Shown: positions 1 through 13,734, counted from the first letter of the stretch. The stretch is DNA of 64,000 nucleotides from Octopus sinensis (GCF_006345805.1 NC_042999.1:11098001-11162000), one strand, 5' to 3'. Numbers and translations: made by a program. Notes: a model not told the origin generated them from the sequence alone.

Positions 1-78
1 TATCATCATCATATCAAATCACATCACCATCATCATCATCATCACACACCATCATCACCATCATCATCCACCATCACC

Positions 79-110
<32 letters not shown>

Positions 111-1951
111 CCTCACCATCATCATCATCCATCATCACCATCATCATCACCCATCATCATCACCATCACCTCATCATCACCACCATCATCATCATCATCA
201 CCATCACCCATCATCATCCATCAACCACCACCATCATCACCATCATCATCATCACATCACCACATCATCACCATCATCATCATCATCACCATCACCATCA
301 TCATCAAATCACCATCATCATCATAATCATCACCATCACCATCATCATCATCACCATCATCATCACCATCATCATCACCATCACCATCATCATCAACACC
401 ATCATCATCATATCATCACACCATCACCATCATCATCATCATCACATCATCATCACCATCATCATCACCATCACCATCATCACCATCATCGTCATCTCAC
501 CATCACCATCATCAATCACATCATCATCATATCATCACCATCACCATCATCATCATCACCATCAATCATCATCATCACCACACCATCATCATCATCCCAC
601 ACCATCATCACCATATCACCATCACCACATCATCATCATCATCATCATCATCACCACCACCATCATCATCACCATCATCATCATCATCACCATCACACCA
701 TCATCACCATCATCATCATCATCAACCATCACCATCATCATCACCACATCATCATCATCACCATCACCATCATCACATCACCACATCATCACCTCATCAT
801 CATCACATCCATCAACCATCACACCATCATCATCACCATCATCATCATATCATCACACCATCACCATCATCATCATCTCACCATCATCATCAACCATCAT
901 CACACCATCACCATCATCATCACCATCATCATCATTCATCACCATCACCATCATCATCATCACCACCATCATCAACCATCATCATCACCATCACCATCAT
1001 CATCACCATCCATCATCCCATCATCACCATCATCATCATCACATCACCATCATCATCTATCATCAACCCATCACCATCATCATCATCACCCCATCATCAT
1101 CCCATCATCATCAACCATCACCATCATCATCACCATCATCATCATATCATCAACCATCACATCATCCATCACCATCATCATCCCATCATCATCACCATCA
1201 CCATCATCACCATCATCGTCAATCATCATCACCATCACCATCATCATCACCATCATCATCATATCATCACCATCACCATCATCATCATCACCACCATCAT
1301 CACCATCATCATCACCATCACCATCATCATCACCATCATCGTCATCATCACCATCACCATCATCATCACCATCATCATCATATCATCACCATCACCATCA
1401 TCATCATCACCATCATCATCACCATCATCATCACCATCACCATCATCATCACCATCATCGTCATCATCACCATCACCATCATCATCACCATCATCATCAT
1501 ATCATCACCATCACCATCATCATCATCACCATCATCATCACCATCATCACCATCACCATCATCATCACCATCATCGTCATCATCATCACCATCACCATCA
1601 TCATCATCACCACCATCACCATCATCATCATCATCATCACCATCACCATCATCATCATCACCACCATCACCATCATCATCATCATCATCACCATCACCAT
1701 CATCATCACCATCATCATCATATCATCACCATCACCATCATCATCATCACCACCACATCACCATCATCATCACCATCATCATCATATCATCACCATCACC
1801 ATCATCATCATCACCACCATCATCACCATCATCATCACCATCACCATCATCATCACCATCATCATCATATCATCACCATCACCATCATCATCATCACCAT
1901 CATCATCACCATCACCATCATCATCATCATCACCATCACCATCATCATCAC

Positions 1952-1983
<32 letters not shown>

Positions 1984-2185
1984 CCATCACCATCATCATC
2001 ATCACCATCATCATCACCATCATCACCATCACCATCATCATCACCATCATCGTCATCATCATCACCATCACCATCATCATCATCACCACCATCACCATCA
2101 TCATCATCATCATCACATCATCACCATCCATCATCTCACCAATCATCATCATCATCATCATCACCATCATCATCATCACCATCAC

Positions 2186-2229
<44 letters not shown>

Positions 2230-2312
2230 CATCTCAAATCATCATCATCATCATCAATCTCACCATCATCATCAATCATCATCACCATCCATCTCATCAC
2301 ATCACCATCATC

Positions 2313-2344
<32 letters not shown>

Positions 2345-2567
2345 CACCATCACCATCATCATCATCACCATCACCATCATCATCATCACCATCACCCATC
2401 ATCATCACCATCATCATCATCACATCACACCATCATCATCATCATCATCACCACATCATCATCATCACCATCATCATCACCATCATCAATCATCATCATC
2501 ATCCATCACCACACATCATCCAAAAAGCATCATCACATCATCACAAAAATCATCATCACCATCCACC

Positions 2568-2599
<32 letters not shown>

Positions 2600-2698
2600 C
2601 ATCATACATCACCATCACCATCATCATCATCATCATCACCATCATCATCATCTCATCACCATCATCATCATCACCATCATCACATCATCATCATCATC

Positions 2699-2751
<53 letters not shown>

Positions 2752-2970
2752 CACCACATCATCACCATCATCATCATCATCATCACCATCATCACCATCA
2801 TCATCATCATCATCACCATCACCATCATCATCATCACCAATCATCATCACCATCATCATCATCATCATCACCATCACCATCTCATCATCATCACTCATCA
2901 CACCATCACCATCATCATCATCACCATCATCATCATCACAATCATCATCATCATCACCATCACCATCATC

Positions 2971-3002
<32 letters not shown>

Positions 3003-3129
3003 CACCATCATCATCATCACCATCAACCATCATCATCATCATCATCACCATCATCACATCATCATCACCATCACCATCATCATCATCACCATCCCATCAT
3101 CATCATCAATCATCATCATCACCATCATC

Positions 3130-3200
<71 letters not shown>

Positions 3201-3278
3201 CCATCACCATCCCATCACATCATCATCCCATCATCATCATCATCATCACATCATCATCATCACCATCAACCATCATCA

Positions 3279-3315
<37 letters not shown>

Positions 3316-3551
3316 CCACACCATCATCATCATCATCACATCATCATCAACCATCATCATCAATCATCTCCCATCATCATATCATCATCACATCATCATC
3401 ATCATCATCAACCATCATCATCATCATCCACACCATCATCATCATCATCATCAACCATCATCATCATCATCATCACCATCATCATCACCATCATCATCAT
3501 ATCATCACCATCACCATCATCATCATCATCACCCATCACCATCATCCATCA

Positions 3552-3618
<67 letters not shown>

Positions 3619-3739
3619 CCATCATCATCATCACCATCACAATCATCATCATCATCATCACCATCACATCATCAATCATCCACCATCATCATCATCATCA
3701 TCATCATCAATCATCACCATCATCATCATCACCATCACC

Positions 3740-3822
<83 letters not shown>

Positions 3823-3853
3823 CACCATCATCATCATCACCATCACCATCATC

Positions 3854-3884
<31 letters not shown>

Positions 3885-3950
3885 CCATCATCATCACCAT
3901 CATCATCATATCATCACCATCACCATCATCATCATCATCATCACCATCAC

Positions 3951-4021
<71 letters not shown>

Positions 4022-4050
4022 CCATCATCATCATCACCATCACCATCATC

Positions 4051-4082
<32 letters not shown>

Positions 4083-4143
4083 CACCATCACCATCATCAT
4101 CATCACCATCACCATCATCATCATCACCATCATCACCATCATC

Positions 4144-4175
<32 letters not shown>

Positions 4176-4261
4176 CATCATCACCATCATCATCACCATC
4201 ATCATCATCATCATCAACCATCACCATCATCACCATCACCATCATCATCATCACCATCACC

Positions 4262-4293
<32 letters not shown>

Positions 4294-4315
4294 CATCATC
4301 ACCATCACCATCATC

Positions 4316-4346
<31 letters not shown>

Positions 4347-4960
4347 CCATCATCATCACCATCATCATCATATCATCACCATCACCATCATCATCATCAC
4401 CACCATCACCATCATCATCACCATCATCACCATCATCATCACCATCAACCATCATCATCACCATCATCATCATCATCATCATCACCATCATCCTCATCAT
4501 CATCACACCACAATCATCACCATCATCATCCCTCACCATCATCATCACCATCATCATCATATCATCACCATCACCATCATCATCATCACCACCATCATCA
4601 CCATCATCATCACCATCACCATCATCATCACCATCATCATCATATCATCCCCATCACCATCATCATCATCACCATCATCATCACCATCATCATCACCATC
4701 ACCATCACCATCATCATCACCATCATCATCATATCATCACCATCACCATCATCATCATCATCATCACCATCACCATCATCATCACCATCACCATCATCAT
4801 CATCATCACCATCACCATCATCATCATCACCATCATCATCACCATCATCACCATCACCATCATCATCACCATCATCGTCATCATCATCACACATCATCAA
4901 CCAACCATCATCATCATCACCATCCATCCCAAATCATCAATCATCATCATCACCATCACC

Positions 4961-4992
<32 letters not shown>

Positions 4993-5031
4993 CACCATCA
5001 TCATCATCACCATCCCATCATCATCATCATC

Positions 5032-5063
<32 letters not shown>

Positions 5064-5198
5064 CACCATCACCATCATCATCCCCCATCAATCACATCAC
5101 CATCATCACATCACCATCATCATCATCATCATCATCATCACACCATCATCATCACAATCATCTCATCATCATCATCATCACCATCATCATCACACATC

Positions 5199-5230
<32 letters not shown>

Positions 5231-5380
5231 CATCATCATCACCATCACCATCATCCACCATCACCATCATCATCATCACCATCATCATCATCACCATCAT
5301 CACCATCATCATCATCATCATCATCATCACCATCACCATCATCATCACCCCACCATCATCATCATCATCATCATCACACC

Positions 5381-5427
<47 letters not shown>

Positions 5428-5479
5428 CCATCATCATCATCATCATCATCATCATCACCATCATCATCATCACCATCAC

Positions 5480-5511
<32 letters not shown>

Positions 5512-5675
5512 CCATCATCATCCACATCATCATCAACCATCATCATCATCAATCATCACCCATCACATCATCACATCATCCCATCATCATCATCACCATC
5601 ACAATCATCAATCTCATCACATCACATCATCATCATCATCATCATCTCATCATCATCATCACCATCACCATCATC

Positions 5676-5707
<32 letters not shown>

Positions 5708-5943
5708 CATCATCATCACCATCATCATCATCACCATCAACCATCATCATCATCACCATCATCATCATCACCACATCATCATCATCATCATCACCATCAT
5801 CATCAATCACCATCATCATCATCATCATCACCATCACATCATCATCACCATCATCATCATCATCATCAATCATCATCATCATCATCATCATCACCATCAT
5901 CAACATCATCACCATCATCAATCATCATCATCATCACCATCAC

Positions 5944-5984
<41 letters not shown>

Positions 5985-5991
5985 CCATCAC

Positions 5992-6023
<32 letters not shown>

Positions 6024-6157
6024 CCATCACCATCATCATCATCACCACCATCATCATCATCATCATCATCATCACCACCACCATCATCATCATCATCACC
6101 ATCACCATCGTCATCATCACCACCATCATCACCATCACCATCATCATCACCACCACC

Positions 6158-6188
<31 letters not shown>

Positions 6189-6289
6189 CCATCACCATCA
6201 TCACCATCACCATCATCATCACCACCACCATCATCATCATCATCATCATCATCACCATCATCGTCGTCGTCGTCATCATCACCATCATC

Positions 6290-6335
<46 letters not shown>

Positions 6336-6361
6336 CAATCACCTCAATCATCATCATCATC

Positions 6362-6393
<32 letters not shown>
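1..6393. repeat. Very long degenerate trinucleotide microsatellite (CAT)n/(CAC)n
   Basis: Continuous catcat/caccat triplets with scattered single-base indels. The poly-M/V/D ORFs on the minus strand are by-products. Confidence 0.98.
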
Positions 6394-6427
6394 ACTTTAA
6401 TGTCCGTCTTCCATGCTGGTATGGGTT
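6394..6427 (-). mobile_element. Extreme 3' terminus of the RTE-LINE family; its (GAT)n tail is the 1-6393 array
   Basis: The reverse complement caacccataccagcatggaagacggacattaaagtatgatgatg matches the terminus ccaacccatgctagcatggaaagtggacgttaaacaatgatgatg at 15704-15749 and many other copies in the window. Confidence 0.8.
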
Positions 6428-7266
6428 GAATAAAAAAGTCATTAATTCATACCTCCTTAATCTACCTCCTTGATATACCTGTTTCTTTACTACCCAAGGG
6501 CTAAACACAAGAGGACAAACAGGACACAAACAGATAAGGCGATTATATCGATCCCAGTGCAGAACTGGTACTTATTTAATTGACCCGGAAAGGATTAAAG
6601 ACAAAGTCACCTCGGCAGAATTTGAACTCAGAATGTAGCGGCAGAGGAATACCACAAAGCATTTCGCCCCGGCATGCTAACTTTCTGCCAGCTACCACCA
6701 CCTTATATATATCTTCAACTTTCTCCTTGACTCTTAATTATATCGGTGCAGACAATGGCTGGGTAGTAAGAAGTTTGCTTCCCAACCACATGGTTCTAGG
6801 TTCACTCCCACTGCATGGCACCTTGAGCACGTGTTTCTTTTATAGTCCCGAGCTGACCAAAGCCATGTGAAAGGAATTTGATAGACAGAAAACTGAAAGA
6901 ATTTAACATCCATTGTCCATGCTGGCATGGGTTGGATGGTTTGAACCAGAGCTGGCAAGCTGGGAAGCTGCACCAGACCCACTCTGATTTGGCATGGCTT
7001 TCTAAAGCTGGATGCCATTCCTAGTGCCACCCCTTTACAGAGTGTGCTAGTGCTTCTTAAAGTGCTCACACAGGTGTTTTTACAGGGCGCCACATGGGCA
7101 TTTTACATGGCTTCGCACATGCACTTTGATGGCACCACATGGATGTTTGATGTGCCAGCACTGCCACAAGTGCTTTACACCACCATAGGGAAATGGTCTT
7201 AACACTTCTAACTGCAGAGTAAGGGTCTTTTGAGGAGAGCAAGGTGCCAGGTATCTCAGTCCTTTG

Positions 7267-7366
7267 NNNNNNNNNNNNNNNNNNNNNNNNNNNNNNNNNN
7301 NNNNNNNNNNNNNNNNNNNNNNNNNNNNNNNNNNNNNNNNNNNNNNNNNNNNNNNNNNNNNNNNNN
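7267..7366. other. Assembly gap (100 N)
   Basis: Exactly 100 N, a typical placeholder of unknown size. Sequence 6394-7266 is repeated at 7487-8360. Confidence 0.99.
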
Positions 7367-7406
7367 CACCATCACCATCATCATCACCACCACCATCATC
7401 ATCATC

Positions 7407-7486
<80 letters not shown>

Positions 7487-7565
7487 ACTTTAATGTCCGT
7501 CTTCCATGCTGGTATGGGTTGAATAAAAGTCATTAATTCATACCTCCTTAATCTACCTCCTTGAT

Positions 7566-7800
7566 ATACCTGTTTCTTTACTACCCACAAGGGGCTAAAC
7601 ACAGAGAGGACAAACAAGGACAGACAAACAGATTAAGGCGATTATATCGATCCCAGTGCATAACTGGTACTTATTTAATTGACCCAGAAAGGATGAAAGA
7701 CAAAGTCGACCTCGGCAGAATTTGAACTCAGAATGTAGCGGCAGAGGAAATACCACAAATCATTTCGCCCGGCATGCTAACATTTCTGCCAGCTCACCAC
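7566..7800 (-). mobile_element. tRNA-derived SINE, family B (noisier duplicate at ~6475-6705)
   Basis: Reverse complement of the gttagcatgccgggcgaaat...gagttcaaattctgccgaggtcgactttg..tttcatcctttc element, seen in + orientation at 53478-53660. B-box-like GAGTTCAAATTC. Confidence 0.8.
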
Positions 7801-7850
7801 CACCTTATATATATCTTCAACATTTCTCCTTGACTCTTAATTATATCAGG

Positions 7851-8003
7851 TGCAGACATGGCTGGGTAGTAAGAAGTTTGCTTCCCAACCACATGGTTCT
7901 AGGTTCACTCCCACTGCATGGCACCTTGAGCAAGTGTCTTCTTTTATAGTCCCGAGCTGACCAAAGCCATGTGAAAGGATTTGATAGACAGAAAACTGAA
8001 AGA
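7851..8003 (+). mobile_element. tRNA-derived SINE, family A, 5' half (duplicate at ~6745-6900)
   Basis: A/B-box-like head followed by gcaccttgagcaagtgtcttc (CORE-like) and gaaaactgaaagaa, as in the copies at 14095, 41215 and 45345. Confidence 0.8.
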
Positions 8004-8345
8004 ATTTAACATCCATTGTCCATGCTGGCATGGGTTGGATGGTTTGACCAGAGCTGGCAAGCTGGGAAGCTGCACCAGACTCCACTCTGATTTGGCATGG
8101 CTTCTAAAGCTGGATGCCATTCCTAGTGCCAACCCCTTTACAGAGTGTGCTAGGTGGCATCACACAGGTGTTTTTACAGGGCGCCACATGGGCATTTTTA
8201 CATGGCTTCGCACAGGCACTTTTGCATGGCACCACATGGATGTTTTGATGTGGCACTGCCACAAGTGCTTTACACCACCAGAGGAAATGGTCTTAACACT
8301 TCTACTGCAGAGTATGGGTCTTCTTGAGGAGAGCAAGGTGCCAGG
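8004..8345 (-). mobile_element. Diverged RTE-LINE 3' UTR fragment
   Basis: tttaacatccattgtccatgctggcatgggttgga...ggatgccattcctagtgccaac is the reverse complement of the shared RTE 3' end. Confidence 0.7.
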
Positions 8346-8767
8346 TATCTCAGTCCTTTGTCATCTCACCCAAAAGGTTCAGCATCCCAAGATCGTACAT
8401 GTGTGTGCGTGTGTGTGTATGATCACATAGAGCCTCCAAGCTCCATTTCCAAGGTCACACTTCTCTGCTGCTCCATTGACCCCAAAACCCAGGAGACAAT
8501 TAACAAGGACTGCTCAAAGAGGCAACCTATCATCGTTAATGGAACAGACGTCAAAAGGAAGAGATCAAATGTCAAAGACGTAAAGAGCAACTCACACTTC
8601 CCTGTCCCCCACCAACTCTCCCCTGTGATAGATGCTCCTGGCTCTTCTATACAACCCTTGGCCTTAACAACCACCTCAAGCACCTGCACCCTTCACATCT
8701 ATCAAGATGAAGAGGTTCAATCACTTACTACAGATTAACTACTTGGATGCATTGCCAATGACAATGA

Positions 8768-8777
8768 TATATGTATG

Positions 8778-8849
<72 letters not shown>

Positions 8850-8912
8850 GTATATATGTATGTATGTATGTATATATATATGTATGTATGTATATATACA
8901 TATATATATATG

Positions 8913-8959
<47 letters not shown>

Positions 8960-8966
8960 ATATATA

Positions 8967-9015
<49 letters not shown>

Positions 9016-9085
9016 TATATATATATACACACAATATATATATATGTATATGTGTGTATATATATATATATTATATATATATATA
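8768..9085. repeat. (TA)n/(TATG)n microsatellite
   Basis: Direct inspection. The YIYI ORFs are artefacts. Confidence 0.97.
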
Positions 9086-9335
9086 CGCTGGTGGCACGTA
9101 AAAAGCACCAATCTGGTCGTGGTCATTGCCAGCCTCGCCTGGCACCTGTGCTGGTGGCACGTAAAAAGCACCCAATACACTCACGGAGTGGTTGGCGTTA
9201 GGAAGGGCATCCAGCTGTAGAAACACTGCCAGATCAGACTGGAGCCTGGTGCAGCCTTCTGGCTTCCCAGATCCCAGTTGACCCGTCCAACCCATGCTAC
9301 CATGGAAAATGGACGTTAAACGATGATGATGTTGA
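9086..9335 (+). mobile_element. RTE-LINE 3' UTR with (GAT)n tail
   Basis: Two ggtggcacgtaaaaagcacc units, ggcgttaggaagggcatccagctgtagaaac, and the terminus ggacgttaaacgatgatgatg. Confidence 0.8.
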
Positions 9336-9343
9336 ATATGATG

Positions 9344-9383
<40 letters not shown>

Positions 9384-9559
9384 GTAAATGTAATATGTGA
9401 CAATTATTCGGTAGCCAAGATAAAACTCCGAGTTTCAGATGCTGAGGTGGAAATCCATGCTGCCATTCTTCAGTTATCCGGCCGAAACAAAATGGCATTA
9501 CTTTTTGACTCACCCTCATACTTTCTCAAGATCTTGCAATCTCTGTTCTGAGATGTACA

Positions 9560-9740
9560 AATAGTCCCCTAACGTAGTTCTCAGGGAGATTCAGTGTGAC
9601 ACACCATGCAATAAGGCTGACCCTTTGAAATACAGTTACCACTCATTCCTACCAGTAGGGTGGACCGGAGCAACGTGAAACAAGGTGTCTTGCTGAAGGA
9701 CACAGTCACTGCCAAGAAGTGAACTGGAAATCCTTTCCAC
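9560..9740 (-). mobile_element. tRNA-derived SINE, family C fragment
   Basis: gagcaacgtgaaacaaggtgtcttgctgaaggacaca is the reverse complement of the body of the + copy at 38598-38935. Confidence 0.65.
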
Positions 9741-9989
9741 TGAGCCACTGATACCTTTACCCTATGGTTGAATGAATACAATCACTATCACACAAACACA
9801 TCAGAAGGTCATTTCCTGTTGTCAACATTTTCTTGTTAACAATGGCTGAGTTCACTCAGGTTTAGAAAAGTCATCTGATCCCTTGCCATGAATATTCAGT
9901 CATTTGATCAACTGAACCCCCCCCCCTTATTGTATTGGTGTAGAAGCGAGGGTGACTCCACTTTAAACTACTCCTACAATTCCCACACA

Positions 9990-10260
9990 CTGGCACTCCT
10001 GAAATTAATGTGCAAGTGGCTGAGTACTCCACAGACACACATATCCTTAACATAGTTCTCAGGGAGATTTGGCATGACACAAAATGTGTCAAGACTGGCC
10101 CCTTGTCAATTGCAAGTACAACTCATTTTTGCCAACTGAGTGGACTGAGTGAAATAAAATGTCTTGCTCAAGGACACAGTGTTCCACTGGCAGCAATTGA
10201 ACTCACAACCTTACAATCACGAGCCAAATACTCTAACCGCTAAGCCACGTGCACTTCTAT
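9990..10260 (-). mobile_element. tRNA-derived SINE, family C
   Basis: gagtgaaataaaatgtcttgctcaaggacacag...gaactcacaacc...taaccgctaagccacgtgcac reads as a tRNA-like head on the minus strand and shares acatagttctcagggagatt with the 9560 copy. Confidence 0.7.
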
Positions 10261-10364
10261 CAGCCCTGACAGACCCCTGCACACTCTCTGTCCATTCAGT
10301 TTCACTCTCATGGCCTGTGCTGACCCAAGGCTGTTTTGAAAGCCATTTGCTCATGCTATCAGGA

Positions 10365-10505
10365 TTATTATTATTGGGGATAGCATGGATTGGTATTTGG
10401 GTGTTAAGTGTCATAGAAAGAGACCCTGTGAGACCTTGGACAACAGGTTGCTGTCCACTCTTACAGAATTAACTGGAGCAAGTGAAATCAAGAGCTCTGA
10501 GCATT
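10365..10505 (+). mobile_element. R4/Dong-like non-LTR retrotransposon, short 3' end (fragment 1 of 5)
   Basis: LLGIAWIGIWVLSV resembles the terminal LLGTARILRxVL motif. The 3' UTR 20-mer gaaagagaccctgtgagacc (10416-10435) is identical to the reverse complement of 27517-27536 in the minus-strand R4-like copy. Confidence 0.6.
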
Positions 10506-10507
10506 GA

Positions 10508-11091
10508 AATGGGAATAACAACAACAACAACAACACCAACAACAACAACAACAACAGCAACAAAAACAACAACAGAAAAAAGATGGTATAGGCACATGCC
10601 AGAAAAGGTCACAGAAAACGAGAAAGCAACCATACTCTGGGATATGCCAACACACACAAATAGAGAAATTAAGGCCAACAGGCCAGATACAGTTGCCAGA
10701 GATCACGAAGAAAAAAATGCTTTCTAATTGATGTATCAATACCAGCAGATGACAACGTATCTCTAAAAGAAATGGAGAAACTTTCAAAATACAAAGACCT
10801 GGAAATAGAGGTAACTCGAATGTGGGGCCTAAAAACAGAAACAATTCCAATCATGATAGGCGCATTAGGTATGATAAAAAAATATCCAGACAAATACATA
10901 ACAAAAACACCAGGACTTATGGATGTATATAACATACACAAAATAGCACTACTAGGCACTGCACACATCCTATGTAAAACACTTTCAATACAGTGAAAAT
11001 AAGAGCACCACAACAAACCACAGCACATACCCAAGGCACACAGAGCTGCTCTCGGTAGTGAAGTGAAAGCATGTGATAAAAATAAGACTAC

Positions 11092-11094
<3 letters not shown>
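10508..11094 (+). mobile_element. R4/Dong-like 3' fragment with restriction-like endonuclease domain (fragment 2)
   Basis: ILWDMPTHTNREIKANRPD...(frameshift) IDVSIP...KLSKYKDLEIEVTRMW...PIMIGALG...LLGTAHILCKTLSIQ* is a PD-(D/E)xK RLE of the R4 clade. Stop at 10996, then 3' UTR and a (TAG)n(TAA)n tail. Confidence 0.85.
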
Positions 11095-11142
<48 letters not shown>

Positions 11143-11181
11143 ATAATAATAATAATAATAATAAAATAATAATAATAATAA

Positions 11182-11696
11182 CTTTGCAACAAGTATGGAC
11201 TTGACAGAGCAAAAAATTGGTACGACCACAAACCTGAAGGCATCATCGAAAATAGAAATGCAAAGATCCTATGGGATTTTATGATTCAGTGCGACCATGA
11301 GATAGAGAATAGGAAGCTGGACATAGTCTTAATTGAGAAAGAAAACAAACTATGCTAGACCATAGACATAGCATTCCCAGCTGATAACAAGGTATGCGAT
11401 AAGAAAGAAAGAAAAGTTGAGAGATATGACAGGTTAGCTTGGGAAGTTAAGCAGTTGTGGTCGAGGAAAAAGGTAGCAGTAGTACCAATAAGTGTCGGAG
11501 CCCTGGGAACAGTGAGCAAAAATCTGGAGAAGTACGTGGAACAAATAGGGGCTGCAATAAGGGTAGAGCACTTGCAGAAAACAGCACTGCTTGGAACTGC
11601 TCGAATACTCAGGAAGGTGCTCGAAAAATAAGAAGTGTTACCTTAGTTCACAGCTGACACTGTAGTACATCTCCAGCGTTAGAAGCTGTGCAAAGG
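11182..11696 (+). mobile_element. R4/Dong-like RLE 3' fragment (fragment 3)
   Basis: My translation: LCNKYGLDRAKNWYDHKPEGIIENRNAKILWDFMIQCDHEIENRKLDIVLIEKENKLC*TIDIAFPADNKV...VERYDRLAWEVKQLW...VVPISVGALG...QKTALLGTARILRKVLEK* (stop 11629-11631). (TAA)n on both sides. Confidence 0.85.
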
Positions 11697-11707
11697 CAAT
11701 AATAATA

Positions 11708-11754
<47 letters not shown>

Positions 11755-11755
<1 letters not shown>

Positions 11756-12189
11756 GACATGAGTATTCCCTGTGATCACAATGTAGTGGTGAAAGAATTT
11801 GACAAGATTAGTAAATATAAAGACCTGCTAATGGAAATTGAAAAAATCTGGGATCTCAAGGCGACTACAGTACCAGTGATTGTAGGGTCTCTAGGAATGA
11901 TAAAAAAAGGTACTGAAACCTATTTGAAAATGATTCCAGGCTTACCATCCCTACAGGAAGTGCAAAACATCGTATTAACTGGAATGGATCATGTACTGAG
12001 AAGAGCATTTTCGCTGTGAAAACAACATCCATCCATGAATCTGTTTATTTATTAATTTTTAAATACATATTTTATCAGTGAATTTGCACATGTAACCTGG
12101 GAATGCATGCAATGAGCTTCTCTGCCCTAGGTGTATGGAAAACACTCTGTGAGAAACGGAAGAAAATTTGAAGAAAGAAGAAAAAAAAC
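11755..12189 (+). mobile_element. R4/Dong-like RLE 3' fragment (fragment 4)
   Basis: DMSIPCDHNVVVKEFDKISKYKDLLMEIEKIWDLKATTVPVIVGSLG...VLTGMDHVLRRAFSL* (stop 12019), a distinct 3' UTR, and (TAA)n on both sides. Confidence 0.8.
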
Positions 12190-12225
<36 letters not shown>

Positions 12226-12249
12226 GCAATGATGATAACAACAACAACA

Positions 12250-13590
12250 ATATTGATGGGTACAAGTGCTTTGGAATTGTGGAGCTGGATAATAAAAGAC
12301 AAAGTCATCACTGCATATTTGAAGTGCATCAAACTTCTCTTGAAATCAAAGTTCAACTCGAGGAACCTAGTGACTACCATCAACATATGGGCTGTTGCTG
12401 TAGTCCACTATAGCCCACCCATCCTGAAATGGACCCAAGCGGAGATTAACCAACTCGATCGCACTACCCAAAAGCCAATCCATGGTGCTCTCCACTCAAA
12501 GGTGAACATACAGAGGACTCTACATGAAGAGGTGCAAAGGTGAACATGGGCTGATTAGCGTACGGGAGTGCATCAACAATGAAAGAAGAAACATGGCAAA
12601 ATATTTGGTAAACAGCAAACAAGACTTGCTACAGTATGCTGCTATTGCAGAAGGATTTACCAAAAATGGACTTGAGTGTGCTAATGAATTCCAATCACGA
12701 GAGAGAAGAAACTCTACTCCACATGGAATTACATGGTCAGTTCCACCATGAAACTAACAATTTAGAAGACCAGGAAGCATCATGGAGGTGACTCACCAAG
12801 AGTGACCTAGATAAGAAGACTGAAAGCTAATCATCGCTGCCCAGGATCAGGCATTGAATACCAACTCAGTGAAAAGGGTTATATACCACACAGGTACAAT
12901 GAACCTCAGCAGAATGTGTGGGAAGAGGGTGGAAAGCTTGAGTCACATTGTTAGTGCTTGTGATGGTCTTGTGCAGAAAGAGTAGAAGCACGGACACGAC
13001 AAAGTAACCCAAAACCTTCACTGGCTACCATGCTGGCGGTATGGATACGAGGTAATGGGGGTTTGGTCCCAACATACACTGGAAAAGGCAATGGACAAAA
13101 AGGGGAAGGCAAAAATCCTCTGGGACTTTAACTTCCAAACAGATAAGGTGTTAGAGCCCCGAAGGCCGGACATAGTAACCTTTAGGAAGGACAGGCAAGA
13201 GTGCCTAATAATTGATGTGGCAGTGCCAGGAGATCAACATATTATCAGGAAAGAAAGAGAAAAGATTGATAAATATGGAGACCTAAGAATACCAAGATGT
13301 GGCAGCTACGAGAGTCAAACATAAAGGTTGTCCCTATTGTCATCGGAACATTGGGTTCAATACCACCCAACCTGAAGAAACATCTGGAAACTTTAGAAAT
13401 ACCCTACAATCTAGGTGTATTGCAAAAGTCAGCATTACTTGGAACTGCACACATATTGTGTAAAGTACTGTCTGCCTGAGATCCTTGTTGTGACTTGACA
13501 AACAGTGCAAACCCCCTGTAGACGCAATATCTTCAATCAACAATCTCACGATATTGGTTACTGTGCAACATCTTAAATAATGCCAACAAT
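12250..13590 (+). mobile_element. R4/Dong-like fragment: RT C-terminus, CCHC knuckle and RLE (fragment 5), disrupted
   Basis: LLKSKFNSRNLVTTINIWAVAVVHYS..ILKWTQAEINQLDR...HGALHSK...GEHGLISV; a RMCGKRVESLSHIVSAC knuckle remnant; ILWDFNFQTDKVLEPRRPDIV...IIDVAVPGD...KIDKYGDL...VVPIVIGTLG...LLGTAHILCKVLSA* (stop 13479). Several frameshifts and stops. Confidence 0.88.
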
Positions 13591-13734
13591 AATAATGATG
13601 AAGGTAATGATGAGGATAATGAAATAACCTGCAGAAGATTTGATGGAACCAATGATCAGAGACTTCAACAACAACAACAGCAGCAGTTTCACTTCACCTC
13701 ACACCCAGGCATACTTAACTACAAGAACAGAACT

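Noticed and set aside
1497-6393. Poly-Met/Val/Asp ORFs
   Set aside because: Translation of (GAT/GGT)n microsatellite.
9478-9522. Mariner-like terminal repeat (tatgagggtgagtcaaaaagtaatgcc on minus)
   Set aside because: No properly oriented partner repeat or transposase remnant found in the window.
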